From positions 4,865-68,864 of the forward strand of contig JACPII010000002.1 of the NCBI GenBank assembly GCA_016188175.1: a DNA stretch of 64,000 nt, in the 5' to 3' direction. Below are positions 59,687-64,000 of the stretch, piece by piece. The position numbers were made by a program, and so were the translations under genes. Numbering within the stretch: the stretch's first letter is position 1; every line of letters starts with the position of its first letter. Under the pieces are notes generated by a model that ran no database searches, was not told the origin of the DNA, and saw only the letters and a list, made by a program, of their open reading frames with translations. This DNA comes from Candidatus Woesearchaeota archaeon. GTDB taxonomy: Archaea; Nanobdellota; Nanobdellia; Woesearchaeales; JACPBV01.

Positions 59687-61296
59687 ACCCCCTTTTTATT
59701 TTTATCCATTATGCTGTGCTTCATCCACAGGCCATCGTTCCTTTCCGGAAAATCTTTCCTAAAGTGGCAGCCCCTGCTTTCCTCACGCGCAACCGCCGCC
59801 CTCATGACAAGCTCAGAAACGAGAAGCATGTTCCTCACCTCAAAGGATATGCCCTCATCCGTTTCCGGTTTTTCCCTCAATTGCTCAAATTCAGTTTTTA
59901 TCCGGGAAAGCTCTGCTAAACTGTTCGTTAACCCGTCCCCCGTCCTTGAAATTCCAGCATAATCTTTCATGAGCAATCTTATCTGGTCAGCGATTGATTG
60001 CATGGGGCCGGGAGAAACTTTTTTACCAGAAGAAAAATCCGTTGGAGCTTTGCCTTCAATCCCCAAACGGAAAGAGTTCACCATCCCAACACCCTGTTCA
60101 TCGCTCGCTTCACTCCGAACAGGTATTTCCCGTCGTAAAAAACCCGCCAATTGGCCTGCGAAAACAACACACTCCGAAAGCGAGTTGCTTGCCAGCCTGT
60201 TTGCCCCATGGACACCATTACAGGCAGATTCCCCTGCTGCAAAAAGCCCGGGAATCGAGGTTCTCCCAAAAATATCAACCAATACCCCCCCGCAAAGATA
60301 ATGGGCTGTTGGAGACACGGGGATGCTCTCCCGGGTTATGTCAATACCATACTGCTTGCAAGTCCGATAGATATTGGGAAAAAGAGAGATAATTTTACCA
60401 GCCCCAAGGTTCCGCATATCAAGGAACACACTTTTGCTTTTTGTCCCCTCCATCGCCTTGGCAATTTCCCTCGTTAGGACATCCCGGGGTGCAAGCTCCA
60501 ATCCGGGATGAACCCTTTCCATAAACCGCTTCCCCTCGCTATCAAGCAGGATAGCGCCTTCTCCACGGACCCTCTCCGAGATTAAAAATGCTGGTTGGGA
60601 TTGTGTAAAGGCAGTCGGATGGAATTGCACAAATTCAAGGTCGGCAACCCTTGCCCCTGCGCGGTATGCCATCGCAAGCCCGTCGCCCGTCGCCCCTTCA
60701 GCATTGCAGGTCTCGGGATATAATGACCCAACCCCCCCGGTTGCGGCCACAACAGCTCTTGCCTTAAAAAAAACCATCGTCTTTTTCCTCAAATCAAAAA
60801 AAGAACACCCCGTGCAAACATTTCCTTCTAAAGAAAAGTCGATTCCGATATGGTTTTCAACTACAACAATATTTTTTTGTTCGCCGACTTTATTAAGCAG
60901 TGTTCCGATGACGGAATTCCCGGTTGCGTCCTTTACATGGACGATTCTCCTGAACTTATGGGCACCTTCCCTCCCCAGCGCAAATCGGCCATCCTCAATG
61001 TCAAAAGGTACTCCGCATGATTTCAGCCATGCGATCTCCTGGGGAGCGTTGTTCACCAAAAGCTCAACGGCACGTTCCGAGCACAGCCCATCGCCGGCTT
61101 TTATCGTATCCCTGATATGGTGGGCAAAAGAATCATGTTCGGCAAAAACACCCGCAAGGCCGCCCTGGGCTAACCCGGAGTTCGAGCAGCCAGCATTGCT
61201 CTTGCTTACGACGGCAATCCTGAAATTGGATGGCAGCTTGAGGGCAACGCTTAACCCGGCAATCCCCGCTCCCAGAATCAATACGTCGACTTCCAT
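59650..61296 (-). CDS. nadB: L-aspartate oxidase
   Basis: FAD motif DVLILGAGIAGLSVAL. Adjacent to nadC. Confidence 0.88.
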   Translation of the reverse strand: MEVDVLILGAGIAGLSVALKLPSNFRIAVVSKSNAGCSNSGLAQGGLAGVFAEHDSFAHHIRDTIKAGDGLCSERAVELLVNNAPQEIAWLKSCGVPFDIEDGRFALGREGAHKFRRIVHVKDATGNSVIGTLLNKVGEQKNIVVVENHIGIDFSLEGNVCTGCSFFDLRKKTMVFFKARAVVAATGGVGSLYPETCNAEGATGDGLAMAYRAGARVADLEFVQFHPTAFTQSQPAFLISERVRGEGAILLDSEGKRFMERVHPGLELAPRDVLTREIAKAMEGTKSKSVFLDMRNLGAGKIISLFPNIYRTCKQYGIDITRESIPVSPTAHYLCGGVLVDIFGRTSIPGLFAAGESACNGVHGANRLASNSLSECVVFAGQLAGFLRREIPVRSEASDEQGVGMVNSFRLGIEGKAPTDFSSGKKVSPGPMQSIADQIRLLMKDYAGISRTGDGLTNSLAELSRIKTEFEQLREKPETDEGISFEVRNMLLVSELVMRAAVAREESRGCHFRKDFPERNDGLWMKHSIMDKNKKGVCFLGSGELWER

Positions 61297-61321
61297 AGTA
61301 ACCCGCTATTCGGCAACCCCT

Positions 61322-62314
61322 CTATTCCGGCGTGGAACCAACCTCAAGGCAGATGTCAATAACTTTTGGTGAATGGGTAAGTTCCCCAAGAGAGGCCACA
61401 TCGATTCCACAACCTGTATAATCAGCAACATTCGTTTGGGTTATCCCTCCCGACGCTTCAAGAAGCAGCCATGGGTAGAGCCCTTTCTCCTGCAGCAAAC
61501 GCACAATACCTTTAAGGCTTTCCGGAGGGATATTATCCAGGAGAAGTAACACTGGGACTTGCAGCTTATCTTTCACCCGGGCCAGTTCTGACGCTGCAAA
61601 AAGGGCTTCCTCTCCCGAATTGACTTCAACCTCGAAAAAAAGTGATGGTGCCATTCCAGCCCTTAAGATAGACCTATCGACGAAATCATGAAGGCTTTGT
61701 TTCAGATGCTCTTTCCCAAGCAATGAAAGATGGTTATCCTTCAGCAACACCCCATCCCACAGTCCAAGGCGATGGGTAAGCCCGCCTCCGCAATACACAG
61801 CCTTCTTGTCGAGATATCCGAGGGGCGTCTTCCTCGTCGCAGCGACAAAAACCTCGTCTTTTACATTATTAATCACCGATGATGTTAACGTTGCAATGCC
61901 GCACATCCTTTGGAGGATATCTAAAACCATCCGCTCCAAAAAGAGGATTGTTGAGGCACTTCCTTCTATCTTTATCATGCTCGTCCCCGGAAATATCTTG
62001 ACCCCATCACCGATCCGTTCAAAAACCTTTATCCCGAAGCGTTCGAAGATATAGCTTGCCTCTTCAACCCCAGAGGAAACCCCCTCTGCCTTTGAGAGTA
62101 TGTTCCCGGAGCATTGCTTCTCCCCAAGGCAGGTAAGCTGGGTAGTGACGTCTCCTCTGCCACCCGCACCCTTCTCAAAATGTATCCGTTCGACAACAAA
62201 CCGGTCAATCCATTCTTTGTAGAAACTCTCCGAAAGAGACAGCAAATTGCCGTGCTGCAGCGCCCTAACCACATCCTCCCTCCTCCCCATACCATCATGG
62301 AAAAACCGGCCCAT
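61322..62314 (-). CDS. nadC: Nicotinate-nucleotide (quinolinate) phosphoribosyltransferase, decarboxylating
   Basis: QPRTase fold sequence, pairing with nadB. Confidence 0.85.
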   Translation of the reverse strand: MGRFFHDGMGRREDVVRALQHGNLLSLSESFYKEWIDRFVVERIHFEKGAGGRGDVTTQLTCLGEKQCSGNILSKAEGVSSGVEEASYIFERFGIKVFERIGDGVKIFPGTSMIKIEGSASTILFLERMVLDILQRMCGIATLTSSVINNVKDEVFVAATRKTPLGYLDKKAVYCGGGLTHRLGLWDGVLLKDNHLSLLGKEHLKQSLHDFVDRSILRAGMAPSLFFEVEVNSGEEALFAASELARVKDKLQVPVLLLLDNIPPESLKGIVRLLQEKGLYPWLLLEASGGITQTNVADYTGCGIDVASLGELTHSPKVIDICLEVGSTPE

Positions 62315-62336
62315 TAATAATCCTTGCTTTTTCCGT

Positions 62337-62603
62337 GTGTATTAAGCTCCTATCGGAGCGGCTCTGCAATCTTCAAAACTCTTAATGTGTTTCAAGATAG
62401 CCCTGCGTCCCCGTAAGGGAAGGCGAAATGTTCCGGTGCCTTCGGCACGGAGGGCGACCCCCGCGACGGTCTGGCTGTTTTTTTCCAAAGACACAAATAT
62501 GTATACCCAATTGTTGTGTCTTTCGATATAGCAGGTGAAATTTTGCATGATTAATTTTGTCACCTGCTATAGGATGGCAGAGCCGCACTTAACGGGGCTT
62601 AAT
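62337..62603 (+). mobile_element. MITE-like element, family A-D copy D. Like copy C but with an ~80-bp internal insert made of two perfect hairpins (AAAGACACAA/TTGTGTCTTT and ATAGCAGGTGA/TCACCTGCTAT).
   Basis: TIRs and core are ~90% identical to 44413-44611. Confidence 0.6.
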
Positions 62604-62651
62604 ACATACCTTTTTCCGAAAAAGGATATGACAGGAATCATTAAATAATCA

Positions 62652-63743
62652 ATGAAGTTCTTTAGTAGAATGGACTCCCCATTCTTTCAAATAACCGAAG
62701 CTCTCAAGGAGGCCCTCAAAGGGCAGGATGATGAGAGTTCTCATTCCCCCGCCGGCCAATTCCCTTTGCTCGATAAAGACTGTTTCCACCTGATTGATTC
62801 GGCCACTGGCTTGGGTCCAGTAAAGATTGCATTTGTTGACGGGGGCAATGCAGAGATAATTGCTTCAGCAAATTTCTCCCTGCATGCCGTCAACCTAGCC
62901 CGTTGTATATATTCGGGGCCAAAAAAGATAGGGACAGCTTCAAGATCAGGATATATCCTTATCACGGCAAAGAGCCTCTCCGGCAAACTTTTTTATGAAG
63001 CAAACTTTTTCGGATACCCCCTATCAAAGGTCAGCATCGATGCTTCCCATCCTTCTATTGCCATAGGTTTCCAGCGTCCCTCCCCCGGAGCTTTAGCTTC
63101 GCCACTAAGGAAAGCGTTGGAACTTAGCCTTGCAGCGGACATGGCCCAACAGTTAGAGGATGGATCATGGATTGCGCTGGATGGAGATTTTTCAACTCCA
63201 ACTCCTTTTGAACGGGAAGCACTCAACAATCTTATCGATGCCTCTTCAGAAAGGAATATTGGCTGCCTTGCCCTCGCAAAGACAAGTGACCTCCTTTCAG
63301 GCAGGGGAGATGCGCTCATTCCATTGATAAAAGAGATATCCCCCAAACAACAGCCTTGGTTTTACGCACCTATCCCGCCAGCCCACAAAACCATCCCCGG
63401 GATGATAACCGCCGTTGCATCACTCCATAAAAGGCCATCCCACTGCTTCAAGCTCGAGGTGATTGTTCCAAAAGCAAAACCAAGCGCTGGACCCGGCATC
63501 GATCCTGAACTCAAAAACCTCAATCCCCTTATGAAAAGCCTTGTTGAAAATTCGAAAGATTCCGTCTTTCTCGGCTACCCTTACGGCTTCATTGAGGCCG
63601 ACCAGCTTGCAAGGGTCTCCAATCAGGAGAAAGGCTACCAAAAGACAAAACTCCTCGCAGCCTTGGGAAAAAACTTTCCGGAAATAAACGACTACCTTGC
63701 AACAAAAGACGCACATGCGATCCTCGACAGGATGCGGTTCTGA
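62652..63743 (+). CDS. Hypothetical protein, possibly a NurA-like (RNase H-fold) nuclease
   Basis: KIAFVDGGNAEII resembles the NurA motif I. Weak call. Confidence 0.35.
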   Translation: MKFFSRMDSPFFQITEALKEALKGQDDESSHSPAGQFPLLDKDCFHLIDSATGLGPVKIAFVDGGNAEIIASANFSLHAVNLARCIYSGPKKIGTASRSGYILITAKSLSGKLFYEANFFGYPLSKVSIDASHPSIAIGFQRPSPGALASPLRKALELSLAADMAQQLEDGSWIALDGDFSTPTPFEREALNNLIDASSERNIGCLALAKTSDLLSGRGDALIPLIKEISPKQQPWFYAPIPPAHKTIPGMITAVASLHKRPSHCFKLEVIVPKAKPSAGPGIDPELKNLNPLMKSLVENSKDSVFLGYPYGFIEADQLARVSNQEKGYQKTKLLAALGKNFPEINDYLATKDAHAILDRMRF

Positions 63744-63931
63744 CATTCAACGGATATTCAAGTTTCCTGCTTTCCCCCTAGTGCATCCATTCCTCCCAAC
63801 CTCAACTCAAAAAATAATGCCGTTCCCGACCATAAGTTTTAAATAGGGCACTGCCGAAGGTAATCTCTAGGCAGCATTTCCTGCAAAGGTTTAGATTATT
63901 AATGAAAAAAAGAAAAAAGAGGTGAACCAAC

Positions 63932-64000
63932 ATGGATAAAAGAGTCGGTAATTACGCATTTACCATTGGCGTGATTATCGCAATTGTGATGGGATTGGTT
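63932..64000 (+). CDS. Partial CDS (N-terminus of a membrane protein, MDKRVGNYAFTIGVIIAIVMGLV...), continues past the window end
   Basis: ATG preceded by the SD-like GAGGTGA at a 7-nt spacing. TATA TTTTAAATA further upstream. Hydrophobic N-terminus. Confidence 0.35.
   Translation, partial: MDKRVGNYAFTIGVIIAIVMGLV

Overview
This 64 kb window is an archaeal chromosome segment with a split rpoB (B''/B'), so it is from a euryarchaeal-type or DPANN-like lineage. Promoters look like BRE/TATA, several transcripts look leaderless, and several predicted proteins carry lipobox-like Cys motifs.

The housekeeping backbone runs as follows. On the minus strand there is a secreted Ig-repeat protein, then argG, argC, argD and a DapA-family aldolase, followed by spt5, secE, ftsZ and a long FKBP. 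On the plus strand there is an intron-containing tRNA-Lys, then the canonical rpoH, rpoB'', rpoB', rpoA', rpoA'', L30e, nusA, S12, S7 cluster, but without fusA/tuf after S7. After that come an AbrB-like regulator with a Ca2+ P-type ATPase and a CaCA antiporter, an RNA m5C methyltransferase, and metG carrying an extra B3/4 domain. Further on are a COG4880 beta-propeller lipoprotein, the korDABC-sucCD operon on the minus strand, archaeal thrS, HEPN-like/MNT and vapBC toxin-antitoxin pairs, srp54, nadB, nadC, and a possible NurA-like protein.

The accessory and unusual content is this. (1) An ~11.5 kb island (29.8-41.5 kb) is bracketed by two direct copies of a ~200 bp structured repeat (family E). 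It encodes a 2040-aa secreted giant protein with a gingipain-like (clan CD) peptidase core and six novel Cys-motif Ig-like repeats, a co-transcribed secreted protein, a NTase-fold gene pair, and three hypothetical membrane or lipoprotein genes. (2) A second repeat family (A-D) of palindromic MITE-like elements with GTATT-initiated terminal inverted repeats and a shared core CTGCGTCCCCGTAAGGGA has four copies, all in intergenic junctions. (3) argD contains a perfect in-frame 54-bp tandem duplication. (4) argC and a downstream membrane-protein gene each lose their start or frame at a short A-run, which points either to pseudogenization or to homopolymer sequencing error. (5) Two structured noncoding stretches lie upstream of the tRNA, one behind a textbook BRE/TATA promoter. 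(6) Tandem repeat arrays sit in the kor/thrS divergent promoter, the nusA-rps12 spacer and the korA-korB spacer.
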